Positions 7,221-15,672 of a DNA stretch of 64,000 nucleotides are shown in pieces (the stretch's first letter is position 1; each line of letters begins with the position of its first letter). The position numbers and the translations under genes are program-made. The notes under the pieces are model-generated. The model was given only the letters and a program-made list of their open reading frames with translations, did no database searches and was not told where the DNA came from. Source of the stretch: Patescibacteria group bacterium (GTDB lineage: Bacteria; Patescibacteriota; Minisyncoccia; Minisyncoccales; UBA5738); assembly GCA_022710775.1 (NCBI GenBank), contig JAKLGH010000002.1, positions 12,707 through 76,706 of the forward strand, read 5' to 3'.

Positions 7221-8576
7221 ATGAAAAAAAGATTGTTTTTATTGTTTATATTGTTTATATTGTTGTCAACGCAATCCTTTCTTCTATATATATCGGGGTT
7301 TTTAGGCTATGACCGCACAATGGCTTTAGACTATGTTTCGCAGCCAGCTTTGATTCAAGAAGGCCAAACGCGTCTCAGAGATTATATTGATTTGCGGGAA
7401 GGTTTTTTATCCGAAAAGAGAGATTTTTTGGAAATCGATTCCACAGAGATGAAAGTTAGAATTTATTCTAAAGGAAAAACGGAAAATACTTTTTCAATCC
7501 TGTATAAAAAAGAAGGATTGCCTTCCGGTCTTTTTTCGGTCCAGTCAAAGAGAAAAACAGCTTTTTCGATGGATGGCGGAGTTTATCTGCCCTATACATT
7601 GAATTATTACGGTTCTTGCCAGATTCATGGGGAACCATATTCCGGATTGGGGCAAAAAACCGGCAGCGATAAGGATATGGAATGCCTGACTTTGAGCGAC
7701 CGGGACGCCAAGATTCTTTTTAACATGGCGGAGATCGGGATGCCCGTATTGGTGATAAATAAGAATGCCAGGCGTACCGAAGCGGTTAAATTAACGGTTG
7801 CGGATTTTCCAGACATTTCGGCAAAAAGTTTTTTAGTTGCCGATATTGATTCCGGCCAGATATTGGCAGAGAAAAATTCCGAAGTTCCGTTGCCGATCGC
7901 GTCGCTTACGAAATTAATGACGGCCGCGGTTGTGAAAGAGCAGGCAGATTTAAAAAGCGCGGTTTTGGTCAAAAACTGGATGTTGAGGCCTTACGGCGAA
8001 ACAAGAGGCCTCGCGGCCGGTTTCAGCTACCCGCTGGAACAGCTTTATTACCTCCTTTTGCAGGAATCATCCAATGACGCGGCCGAGGTATTGAGCAGCG
8101 CCGTGCCGGGTGGAAACGCGATTTACGCCATGAATCAAAGAGCCGGATCGATTCTGATGGAAAAGACTAGGTTTGTCGATGCGCATGGAATTGATGTTGG
8201 AAACCAGGCGACCGCCCGGGACTTGTTTTATCTGGCGAGATACGTCCAAGATTCCCATCCGGAAATATTCGAGATTACCAAAGGGATAAAGCCCGCCGGT
8301 TTTTCAACTTCGATTTTTCCTTACGCAAAAAATAGGAATTTATTTTTTAACAGCCAAAATTTTATCGGAGGGAAAACCGGATATATCATAGAATCAAAAT
8401 ATAATGGTTTGTTCCTGTTTGATTTTCCGATAGCCGAAGGGGAGAGCAGGAGAGTGGCGATTATCATTTTAGGAGCGCCGCATTGGCAGACAATGCAGGG
8501 AAATTTAAAAGGCGAAACGGAGAAAATCCTGGCTTGGCTTAGCAACAATTATTCCGTTAAAAATTCAGAAAGATAA
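7221..8576 (+). CDS. Fusion protein: YkuD-like L,D-transpeptidase domain plus S11 D-alanyl-D-alanine carboxypeptidase domain
   Basis: The likely start is the ATG at 7221 (MKKRLFLLFILF signal/TM); the ORF track starts at a TTG at 7149. The N-terminal half has QIHGEPYSG...ECLTLSDRD, resembling the YkuD HG...GC(I/V)R(M/L) motif. The C-terminal half has SLTK (SxxK), SSND (SxN) and KTG. Confidence 0.8.
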   Translation: MKKRLFLLFILFILLSTQSFLLYISGFLGYDRTMALDYVSQPALIQEGQTRLRDYIDLREGFLSEKRDFLEIDSTEMKVRIYSKGKTENTFSILYKKEGLPSGLFSVQSKRKTAFSMDGGVYLPYTLNYYGSCQIHGEPYSGLGQKTGSDKDMECLTLSDRDAKILFNMAEIGMPVLVINKNARRTEAVKLTVADFPDISAKSFLVADIDSGQILAEKNSEVPLPIASLTKLMTAAVVKEQADLKSAVLVKNWMLRPYGETRGLAAGFSYPLEQLYYLLLQESSNDAAEVLSSAVPGGNAIYAMNQRAGSILMEKTRFVDAHGIDVGNQATARDLFYLARYVQDSHPEIFEITKGIKPAGFSTSIFPYAKNRNLFFNSQNFIGGKTGYIIESKYNGLFLFDFPIAEGESRRVAIIILGAPHWQTMQGNLKGETEKILAWLSNNYSVKNSER

Positions 8577-8744
8577 AATTTAAAAAACGTTTAAAAGATG
8601 CCGGGTTTTATTTGGGCCGGTTGTTTTATGCGCTTCGGTTTTAATTCATGAATTTTTGGCTTGACTGTTTTGGCCAAGGCGGCCGCGATTTATGGCGTAA
8701 AACGGATTATAACTGAAGGAAAAAGCCATGGATGTCATTGAAAA

Positions 8745-8909
8745 GGAGCTAAGGCGTGGTTAAAATAACACAAAGGGAGTATTCGGAAGCGCTAAGAATG
8801 GTTAAGATCACAACCCAATCTACCCGCTTTTTTGCGGGAAGAAAGCCTACGGATTCATTTTTTTCCATGACTTGCCCGTGGTTTACAACATAAAGGTTAC
8901 AACATAATA
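8745..8909 (-). ncRNA. Copy C (inverted, 3' half decayed) of the multi-copy structured RNA-like element
   Basis: The reverse complement reads ttattatgttgtaaaccacgggcaagtcatggaaaaaaatgaatccgtaggctttcttcccgcaaaaaagcggg. This aligns with copy A, tttgtagaccacgggtaagccctgggaacaaaatgaaacttacggtttccttcccgcaaaaaagcggg. Confidence 0.4.
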
Positions 8910-8915
8910 AAAAAA

Positions 8916-10100
8916 ATGAGAAAATCTTACATTACGTCTGAATCAGTTACCGAGGGTCATCCGGACAAGATCGCTGACCAGATTGCCGATGCCATTCTTG
9001 ATGAAGTTATCCGCCAGGATAAGTACGGGCGCGTTGCCTGTGAGGTGATGGTTGGCAACAGCTATGCGATTATCGGCGGCGAGATATCGAGTTCAGCGTG
9101 GATCGATTTTAACAACTTGACGAGAAAAGTTATCCGCGATATTGGATACGACCAGGAAACCCACGGTTTTTGCTGCAAGAATGTGGCGATTATGAACGCG
9201 GTAAGCCGGCAGTCGCCCGATATAGCCAGGGGGATCAGGAAGGCCGGGTCGAGAAAACAAGGGGCGGGCGACCAGGGATTTTCGACCGGATACGCCGTTA
9301 CCGAAACTCCGGAATTGATGCCATTGACGATATTAATGGCTCATAAATTGGCTTTCCGCCTTGCCGAAGCCAGAAAAAAGAAGATCATTCCTTATTTGCG
9401 GCCGGACGGTAAAAGCCAGCTGACCTTGGAATACCACGACGGAATACCCGCAAGGCTGGAAAACGTAGTAATTGCGGCTCAACACGATCCAAATACACCG
9501 GTCCAAAAAATAAAAAAAGACATAATCGAAAAAGTAATCAAACCGGTTTGCGGAAAATATTTGGATCATAATACCCGATTTTTCGTGAACAATACGGGCC
9601 GGTTTGTGATTGGCGGCCCCGCCTCCGATACCGGCGCGACCGGACGGAAGATCATTGTTGATTCTTACGGAGGAACTGTGCCGGTCGGGGGCGGCAGTTT
9701 TTCGGGAAAAGATCCGACGAAAGTTGACAGGTCGGGAGCCTATATGGCTCGTTATATAGCAAAAAATATTGTAGCGTCGGGTTTGGCCGACGAGTGTTTT
9801 GTGCGCCTTGCCTATGTTATCGGCGGAACGAAGCCGACCGAATTAAGCATTGAAACTTTTGGAACGGCGAAGATCGACGAGGAAAGGATCGAAAGAATAA
9901 TTCCGAAGGTTTTCGATCTGTCGCCGGGGGGAATTATCAAACAATTGAATCTTTTGAGGCCGATTTACCGGAAAACCAGCTGTTATGGCCATTTTGGCCA
10001 CGAAGAGGCGGAATTTACCTGGGAAAGAAAAGACAAAGCCAAAGAGATCTTGAAAGCCGTTGAGCAAAAAACTGCCAAGGGAAAAACGGCAAAAATGTGA
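8916..10100 (+). CDS. metK: S-adenosylmethionine synthetase
   Basis: [30 protein letters not shown] and a [20 protein letters not shown] motif ([16 protein letters not shown]). Confidence 0.97.
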   Translation: MRKSYITSESVTEGHPDKIADQIADAILDEVIRQDKYGRVACEVMVGNSYAIIGGEISSSAWIDFNNLTRKVIRDIGYDQETHGFCCKNVAIMNAVSRQSPDIARGIRKAGSRKQGAGDQGFSTGYAVTETPELMPLTILMAHKLAFRLAEARKKKIIPYLRPDGKSQLTLEYHDGIPARLENVVIAAQHDPNTPVQKIKKDIIEKVIKPVCGKYLDHNTRFFVNNTGRFVIGGPASDTGATGRKIIVDSYGGTVPVGGGSFSGKDPTKVDRSGAYMARYIAKNIVASGLADECFVRLAYVIGGTKPTELSIETFGTAKIDEERIERIIPKVFDLSPGGIIKQLNLLRPIYRKTSCYGHFGHEEAEFTWERKDKAKEILKAVEQKTAKGKTAKM

Positions 10101-10221
10101 AAAATTATTCTTCCAAAAAAGCGTCGAAAGGCAAATTGGCTTATAGAACGCCAAGCCGTTTTATATATCAAAAATATCTTAAAGCCAGCGGGATGGCTAA
10201 AAAAAGAAAAAGAACAAAGAT

Positions 10222-11100
10222 ATGAGCGAAGCTATAAAAACGGAGCAGGCCAGGGCGGAAGGAAAACCATTGCTGATTTTAGCTATAAGCGCCGCTTTTT
10301 TTGCGATTTTGATGGCTGCCGGGATAATTTCGGTTAGCCATTTGGCCGGTACGGCCAGCGTTAAAGGCCTTGGAACGGCGAAAGTAAATGTGCAAAACTT
10401 CGTAGCCATTTTTATTTTGGCTACTTTAGGGCTTCTCCTTTTAATCTATTTTTTGAAAGTAAAAAAAATAAAAAGAGCGATATTTAAGATAATGTTTTTT
10501 TTGGCCGTTTTTGCCGGAACAGCGGTTTTTTTTAATGTTTGGGTAAGCCGGGCCATTGCTTTTCTGGCCGGGGTTTTCACGGCGGCAGTTTGGTGGGCGT
10601 ATCCAAAAATAGTGAGCCAAAACGCATGTCTTGCTTTTACGATGCTGGGGGCAGGAATTTTTCTTGGATATGTTTTCTTCCCCGGTTCCGCCGCGTTTCT
10701 TCTCCTGCTTTTTTCTTTTTACGACCTTATTGCCGTTTATGTTACCAAGCATATGGTCGCAATGGCTAAAGAAATGGTAGCTAACGGGGCTTTGCCCGCG
10801 GTTTTTATACCGATGAATTTATCGGGTTTGAGAGAGGATATCAACCGTATAGCGGCCGGAGGGGAAAAATTTCTGATTCTTGGCGGCGGAGACATTGTTT
10901 TTCCGCTATTTTTTTGCGTATCGGTGGCCAGGAATTATGGGACTTCTGCCGCCGCGCTTACGGCAGTTTTTTCCACTATTGGGTTTTGCGCCAGTTTCTA
11001 CCAATTTCTCAATCAAGGGACGCGCCGTCCGATACCGGCTTTGCCTCCGATAGCTTTATTTACATTAATAGGATACTCATTGGTTGTTTTTTTAAAATAG
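10222..11100 (+). CDS. Presenilin / signal-peptide-peptidase family intramembrane aspartyl protease (A22, GxGD type)
   Basis: A polytopic membrane protein with the three hallmark motifs in order: FSFYDLIAV (YD), ILGGGDIVFP (GxGD) and PIPALPPI (PAL). Its length of 292 aa is similar to the archaeal PSH. Confidence 0.75.
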   Translation: MSEAIKTEQARAEGKPLLILAISAAFFAILMAAGIISVSHLAGTASVKGLGTAKVNVQNFVAIFILATLGLLLLIYFLKVKKIKRAIFKIMFFLAVFAGTAVFFNVWVSRAIAFLAGVFTAAVWWAYPKIVSQNACLAFTMLGAGIFLGYVFFPGSAAFLLLLFSFYDLIAVYVTKHMVAMAKEMVANGALPAVFIPMNLSGLREDINRIAAGGEKFLILGGGDIVFPLFFCVSVARNYGTSAAALTAVFSTIGFCASFYQFLNQGTRRPIPALPPIALFTLIGYSLVVFLK

Positions 11101-11242
11101 ACAATAGATTATTTGCCCAAAGCGCTCTTCGATGACGCTTCCTCTGGCCGTCCGCTTTGTTACGCTTTGCGCCGGGAGAAACAGCATTCGGAAAATAAAT
11201 TGATAATTTAATAATTTCCGGTCGTTATCAGCGAAGAAACAT

Positions 11243-11833
11243 ATGAGAAAAATTAAACCGTGGTTATTTTTAGCTGTCTGCCTATTAATTGGAGTGTTTT
11301 TTGCCTTGCCGGCGATAGCTTCAGGCTTGGTTCCCTGCGGCGGCTCCCAGCAGGAAGACTGTACGGTCTGCCATTTTTTCAAGATGACCAAAGAGATTCT
11401 TTATTATTCCTTGTCTCTGACCTTTTTAATTTCTTCGTTGATTTTCATTCTTTGCGGCCTTTATTTGATGGCGAACCGCGGCAATGTCCGGGTTGTTGCC
11501 AAAGTAAGGCAAGTTATGGGGGTAACGGTTGTTGGGTTGGTCATTGTTTTTTCCGGTTGGGTTGCCGTAAATACCTATTTTGTTTCAGCTGGAGCCGCGG
11601 AATGGGATGGATACAGCTTAAACAAAGATTGGTGGAAGATCAACGCAAAGTGCGAGAAGAACGACAGCGATCTTATTTTTTGCGGCGATGGCGATGTCCA
11701 ACCGGAAAACAATGAAGATTGCGATCCTAATGAAACAATTACCGATTGCCAGAAAAGGACTGGCAACACTGTGGACGAATGCGATCAGCTGATTTCCAAT
11801 TGCGATACGGAGAAGTGTATTGCCGTACCCTAA
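11243..11833 (+). CDS. T4SS-pilin-like (TrbC/VirB2-like, LVPCG family) protein with C-terminal Cys-rich repeat tail
   Basis: A signal peptide is followed by SGLVPCGGSQQEDCTVCHFF and two TM helices. The C-terminus carries CGDGDVQPENNEDCD-type repeats (Myxococcus cysteine-rich repeat style). Confidence 0.75.
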   Translation: MRKIKPWLFLAVCLLIGVFFALPAIASGLVPCGGSQQEDCTVCHFFKMTKEILYYSLSLTFLISSLIFILCGLYLMANRGNVRVVAKVRQVMGVTVVGLVIVFSGWVAVNTYFVSAGAAEWDGYSLNKDWWKINAKCEKNDSDLIFCGDGDVQPENNEDCDPNETITDCQKRTGNTVDECDQLISNCDTEKCIAVP

Positions 11834-11923
11834 AATGGCGGCAACGTAAAAAACGGTTACAAATCTTTAGAAACCTTTAATGTATTATTTTTCCGATCCC
11901 TTCAAGCTAATTAATCGGGAGAA

Positions 11924-12481
11924 ATGAATAAAACAAGCCGGATGGAAAAACTTAATAGGGAAATCGGCCTATGCGTAAAATGCCGCTTATCGATTACAAG
12001 AATTAAACCTGTTCCGGGCGAGGGACCGCTTGATGCTGATTATTTTATAATCGGCCAGGGGCCGGGCGCCAATGAGGATGAAACCGGCCGGCCGTTCATC
12101 GGGCGGTCCGGAAAACTGCTCACCGAATTGTTGGCGCTGGCTGGTATCGACCGCTCCAAAGAAACCTTTATCACGTCAATCGTAAAATGCCTGCCGACGC
12201 CGCCTCTTAACCGGAAGCCCAGACCCGATGAGATCGCGGCTTGCTGCGATTATTTGGCGCGCCAAATAGAGCTGGTCGGCTCTAAGAAAATTATTCTACT
12301 GGGAGATGTGGCGTTCAGAAGGTTCTTCCCTAAAGATAAATTTTCCGACTGGCGCGGAAAATGGCGAGACAGCGGGGGAAGGAAGTATTTTATCAGCTAC
12401 CACCCGGCCGCCGGAATCCGTTTTCAGAAGTTTAAAAAGATATTGGAAGCCGATTATAAGGCAATCAATAAACTTGATTAA
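11924..12481 (+). CDS. Uracil-DNA glycosylase, family 4
   Basis: CVKCRL...PGEGPLDADYFIIGQGPGANEDETGRPFIGRSGKLL matches the family-4 UDG motifs (GEGP, GxxPGxxED, PFxGxxG). Confidence 0.85.
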   Translation: MNKTSRMEKLNREIGLCVKCRLSITRIKPVPGEGPLDADYFIIGQGPGANEDETGRPFIGRSGKLLTELLALAGIDRSKETFITSIVKCLPTPPLNRKPRPDEIAACCDYLARQIELVGSKKIILLGDVAFRRFFPKDKFSDWRGKWRDSGGRKYFISYHPAAGIRFQKFKKILEADYKAINKLD

Positions 12482-12591
12482 AGATTGGGCAAATGTTTTA
12501 ATTCGACTAGCGGCGGTTTTGAATGAAATTAGATTATATTGTTGTAGGGCGCTAAGCTAACGATCTTAGCCTCTTTTTTAATGAATTTAAA

Positions 12592-12984
12592 ATGGAAATA
12601 GAAAAATTTGAAAAACTTGTAGCCGAGGCGATCAACAGCTTGCCCGAACATATCTTAAAAGCCGTTAACAACACCGCGATCGTCATCGAGGAAAAATCGC
12701 CCCGGCGGTCATTGCTCGGTTTATATGAAGGAATTCCGGAAAACGAGTGGGGCAAGGGGATGGGAATGAACTTGCCCGACAAGATCACTATTTTCAAAAA
12801 CACGATCGAAAGATTGGCGTCATCTCCGGCGGAGTTGAAAGAAGCGGTTAAAATCGTGGTTTGGCACGAGATTGCCCACCACTTTGGTTTTGACGAAGAG
12901 GAGGTGGATAAGCTGGAGAAGAAATGGCGCAAAAAACTAAAAAACCAAAAACCGAATAACGCAAAAAAAGCGCGGCCTTTTTAA
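12592..12984 (+). CDS. Zincin-like metallopeptidase family protein (DUF1025-like)
   Basis: A C-terminal HEIAHHFG metal-binding motif in a protein of about 130 aa. Confidence 0.7.
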   Translation: MEIEKFEKLVAEAINSLPEHILKAVNNTAIVIEEKSPRRSLLGLYEGIPENEWGKGMGMNLPDKITIFKNTIERLASSPAELKEAVKIVVWHEIAHHFGFDEEEVDKLEKKWRKKLKNQKPNNAKKARPF

Positions 12985-12992
12985 GATATGGT

Positions 12993-13020
12993 TTGATATT
13001 TTTTTAAAAAATATTATTAT
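12993..13020 (+). promoter_or_regulatory. Candidate promoter of RNA element copy A (TTGATA-16-TATTAT)
   Basis: TTGATA at 12993-12998 and TATTAT at 13015-13020. The ATTATTTTGT block is conserved in copy B, and as TATTATGTTGT in copy C. Confidence 0.4.
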
Positions 13021-13212
13021 TTTGTAGACCACGGGTAAGCCCTGGGAACAAAATGAAACTTACGGTTTCCTTCCCGCAAAAAAGCGGGAAGAAAGGAGGA
13101 GGACTTAGGTACTCCGCCCCGCATCCTGCGGGGGAGGAAGCATCCTCTGGTTGACAGGCGTGGTTTTATACCACGCCGGGCGAAACTCAAAAGGAAGAAT
13201 ACATAATTGATA
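13021..13212 (+). ncRNA. Copy A of the multi-copy structured RNA-like element (unclassified)
   Basis: A 28-nt block (gaccacgggtaagccctgggaacaaaat) is identical to copy B. Shared hairpins are GGAGG-aagcat-CCTCT and GCGTGG-ttttata-CCACGC, followed by CGGGCGAA. The shared 3' end is ggaagaatacataattgat. Confidence 0.5.
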
Positions 13213-13247
13213 TTGAGAGCGACATCTTAATTTTGGAGAGTTAAGCG

Positions 13248-13550
13248 ATGGATAAAGCAGAGGTAATTGAGGTAAAGAAAGTCGTTTTGGAGCCCGGCGA
13301 GTACGAAGTTATAAAGATCCTTGTTAAGGAATTCGCGTCCGGAGGCGAAGATTCCGGCCTTTTGCGAGAAGAAATAAAAGAACAGCTGAAAGATCTGATC
13401 CCGCTGGTTGCTCTCGCCGATTTAGCCTTAATTGAGAAGGAAATCGGTTTGCCTCCCGGCACGCTCGCGATAATCAGCGCAATGGCGGTCCAAAAGGCTT
13501 TAGAAGAAGCTAGCGGAAGCATTACCGTTTTTACGGTAAATAAAGAATAA
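13248..13550 (+). CDS. Hypothetical acidic protein (100 aa)
   Basis: An ORF with the SD-like GGAGAG 7 nt upstream. No recognisable motif. Confidence 0.55.
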   Translation: MDKAEVIEVKKVVLEPGEYEVIKILVKEFASGGEDSGLLREEIKEQLKDLIPLVALADLALIEKEIGLPPGTLAIISAMAVQKALEEASGSITVFTVNKE

Positions 13551-13584
13551 CGGGGAAAAACCTCGTTTTTTAATGGTTTTTCAA

Positions 13585-15204
13585 TCAGAGCTTTTTTATC
13601 ATATACGTTTCTTTTAAGGCATAGCCGGATTTTCGCCAGTAGGCGCGGGCGCCGACGCCCGAAATGGCCGCGATATTTTTGAAACCAAATTCTTTTTTTA
13701 CGATCTTTTCCGCTTCAAGAATCAATTTTTTCCCCAAACCTTGATGCTGGACCGCCACCAGGCGAGTCTCGCCATTATGGCGGACTGCCGACGCTTTTTC
13801 GGCCACGGCAAGCTGGAAGCCGTAAGTGTGGATTTCTCTTATCAGCGCGGCGTTTTTTAGCGCCGGAATTACCAATTCCGGATTTTGGCTCACGCGCAGG
13901 CGCAGCAGGCTGAAGATTTTGGTTTGATCTTTGTTTTCAAAGCTTAAAAAAATTTCCTGGCCGCCTGACGCGGAATACGTTCGGCGAACCGGAAAAACTT
14001 TTTCATTTGGATCGTAACCGCCTTTTACCTCCCGGCAGCGGATGCACTGGCATTGCCAATTTTCCTTTGCCATATCCGCGGCGATGATCTGGCGCAGGTT
14101 GGAAACGGTCTTGGCGCCCTCGGTAATCCGGGGGGAGGGAATGTCGCGGATGATCCGTTCGATCCTGACATAAGGAGGAATAATTTTTTTTATTTCCTTG
14201 ATAACCTCCGTGAGCTTTTTGTCCGAATATGGTTTGAATGATCCTTGTTTGTAAATTTTATAAAGCGGTGCTTCAGGCAAGACGGCGCAAGGATAAATCT
14301 TGAGCGTGTCGGGCTGGAACCGTTCGTCGTTAAAAAGCGTTTTGACCATATTTAGGTCTTTCTGGGGCGAGGAGCCGTAAAGGTTAAGCATTATCTGGTA
14401 GGCGATTTTGAATCCGGCATTTTTCAAAAGATGGGTCGCTTTGACCGTAGAATCAACTTTATGGCCTCTTTGGTTTAAATCAAGTACATCGTTGTAAATG
14501 CTTTGAATGCCGAGCTCCACTTTGGTTATGCCCAAGTTTCTTAAGCTGATTATTTCTTTTGCGTCAATAAAGTCCGGCCGGGTTTCGACCGACAGCCCGA
14601 TGATCCGGCATTTGGCCGATTCGTTTATTTTTTGCTCCTGTTTTAGCGAACCGATTCTTTTTGGATTTTTAGATCCGTAATTATTACAGGCAAAAAAACA
14701 TTTTTTAACGAACGATTCCCGGTACGCTTTTTTATAGAAACTCCAGGTGCCGCCGATGATCCGCATTTCTATCTTGTCCACCGGATGGCCTTCTTCGGCC
14801 AGCATGCCGAGTCGTCCGGCGACCTGCTTTACCGGATCAAAATTCAAACGCTTGGCCCGTTCCGCCGCCGGTTCGCCCGAAAGATAGCTTTTTGGAAAAC
14901 CGGTTTCCTGGGGGCAATAAAGGCATGATCCGGGGCAGGGATAGGGCTTGGTAAGCACGGAAACATTGATGATGCCCGAAAGCGACCTAACGGGCCTTAC
15001 CCGTAATAAATTTCGGAGTTCTTGGCGGGAAGATTTTATTTTTCCGCCATCGAAGTCGTTTAATGCCGAAAGCAGATCGATGTTGCTTGGGTAGGGAATT
15101 TTAAATTCCGCGCAAATTTTTCGCTTAAACGCGTCCAGTTCCGCTTTTGTTCTCGGATCGGCCTGGACGAGTTTTTTGGCGATTGTTTCTTGGTCTTTCA
15201 TCAT
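13585..15204 (-). CDS. elp3: Elp3-like radical-SAM/GNAT tRNA uridine(34) modification enzyme
   Basis: A radical-SAM Cys cluster (PCPGSCLYCP) in a protein of about 540 aa, with a C-terminal GNAT region (QHQGLGKKLILEAEKI). Confidence 0.85.
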   Translation of the reverse strand: MMKDQETIAKKLVQADPRTKAELDAFKRKICAEFKIPYPSNIDLLSALNDFDGGKIKSSRQELRNLLRVRPVRSLSGIINVSVLTKPYPCPGSCLYCPQETGFPKSYLSGEPAAERAKRLNFDPVKQVAGRLGMLAEEGHPVDKIEMRIIGGTWSFYKKAYRESFVKKCFFACNNYGSKNPKRIGSLKQEQKINESAKCRIIGLSVETRPDFIDAKEIISLRNLGITKVELGIQSIYNDVLDLNQRGHKVDSTVKATHLLKNAGFKIAYQIMLNLYGSSPQKDLNMVKTLFNDERFQPDTLKIYPCAVLPEAPLYKIYKQGSFKPYSDKKLTEVIKEIKKIIPPYVRIERIIRDIPSPRITEGAKTVSNLRQIIAADMAKENWQCQCIRCREVKGGYDPNEKVFPVRRTYSASGGQEIFLSFENKDQTKIFSLLRLRVSQNPELVIPALKNAALIREIHTYGFQLAVAEKASAVRHNGETRLVAVQHQGLGKKLILEAEKIVKKEFGFKNIAAISGVGARAYWRKSGYALKETYMIKKL

Positions 15205-15483
15205 ACTCTGAAATTATACGATTCCTGGATAAAGTCAAAAATGGTTGATTTGCCAATATCAATTTTTCTGATAATATGATGCCGGAGGTGTGAAGCGGGT
15301 CTATGCGTAAAGTTTTTACTTCTATGCTCGTTTGATCCTAGCAGCCTAGAGAAAATAAGGCCGCCGGCGCCGAACAAGAGTAGGACGGGATATCTCTTGT
15401 GAGCATCCATGCCGGAAATTTTATATCTGACCACTTTTGTGGCCAGTCTTTTTTTAAAGCGGGTTTTCTGGCTTTCGAGGGCG

Positions 15484-15511
15484 TTGAATTTATGATAAGT
15501 TTGGCTATAAT
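15484..15511 (+). promoter_or_regulatory. Sigma70-like promoter (TTGAAT-16-TATAAT) for the ybaB-like operon
   Basis: TTGAAT at 15484-15489 and TATAAT at 15506-15511. Confidence 0.5.
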
Positions 15512-15526
15512 GGCAGTATTAAACTA

Positions 15527-15666
15527 CAATTTTCAATTTCTAATTTTCAATTTACAATAAATGTTTCAAATTCCAATGCTTCAAGCAGGATACTCTTATG
15601 TGTTTTGTTTGATTCATTGGTTAATCGAGAATTCATTGAAAATTGGAAATTTTTTATTGAAAATTA
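15527..15666 (+). repeat. Long AT-rich inverted repeat in the ybaB leader (2+2 copies of AATTTTCAAT/ATTGAAAATT)
   Basis: AATTTTCAATT at 15528 and 15542; ATTGAAAATT at 15635 and 15656. The right arm ends 7 nt before the ATG at 15673. Confidence 0.6.
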
Positions 15667-15672
15667 TTTATT

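Noticed and set aside
8577-8915. An expected SAM riboswitch upstream of metK.
   Set aside because: None of the SAM-I/II/III/VI hallmark sequences or helices are present. The only structured feature is the inverted copy of the multi-copy RNA element.
15201-15434. A 77-aa ORF (GTG start) whose stop overlaps the Elp3 start.
   Set aside because: It has no SD and a GTG start. A perfect TATAAT promoter box for Elp3 lies inside it, 8 nt from the Elp3 ATG, which makes it more likely promoter DNA than coding sequence.
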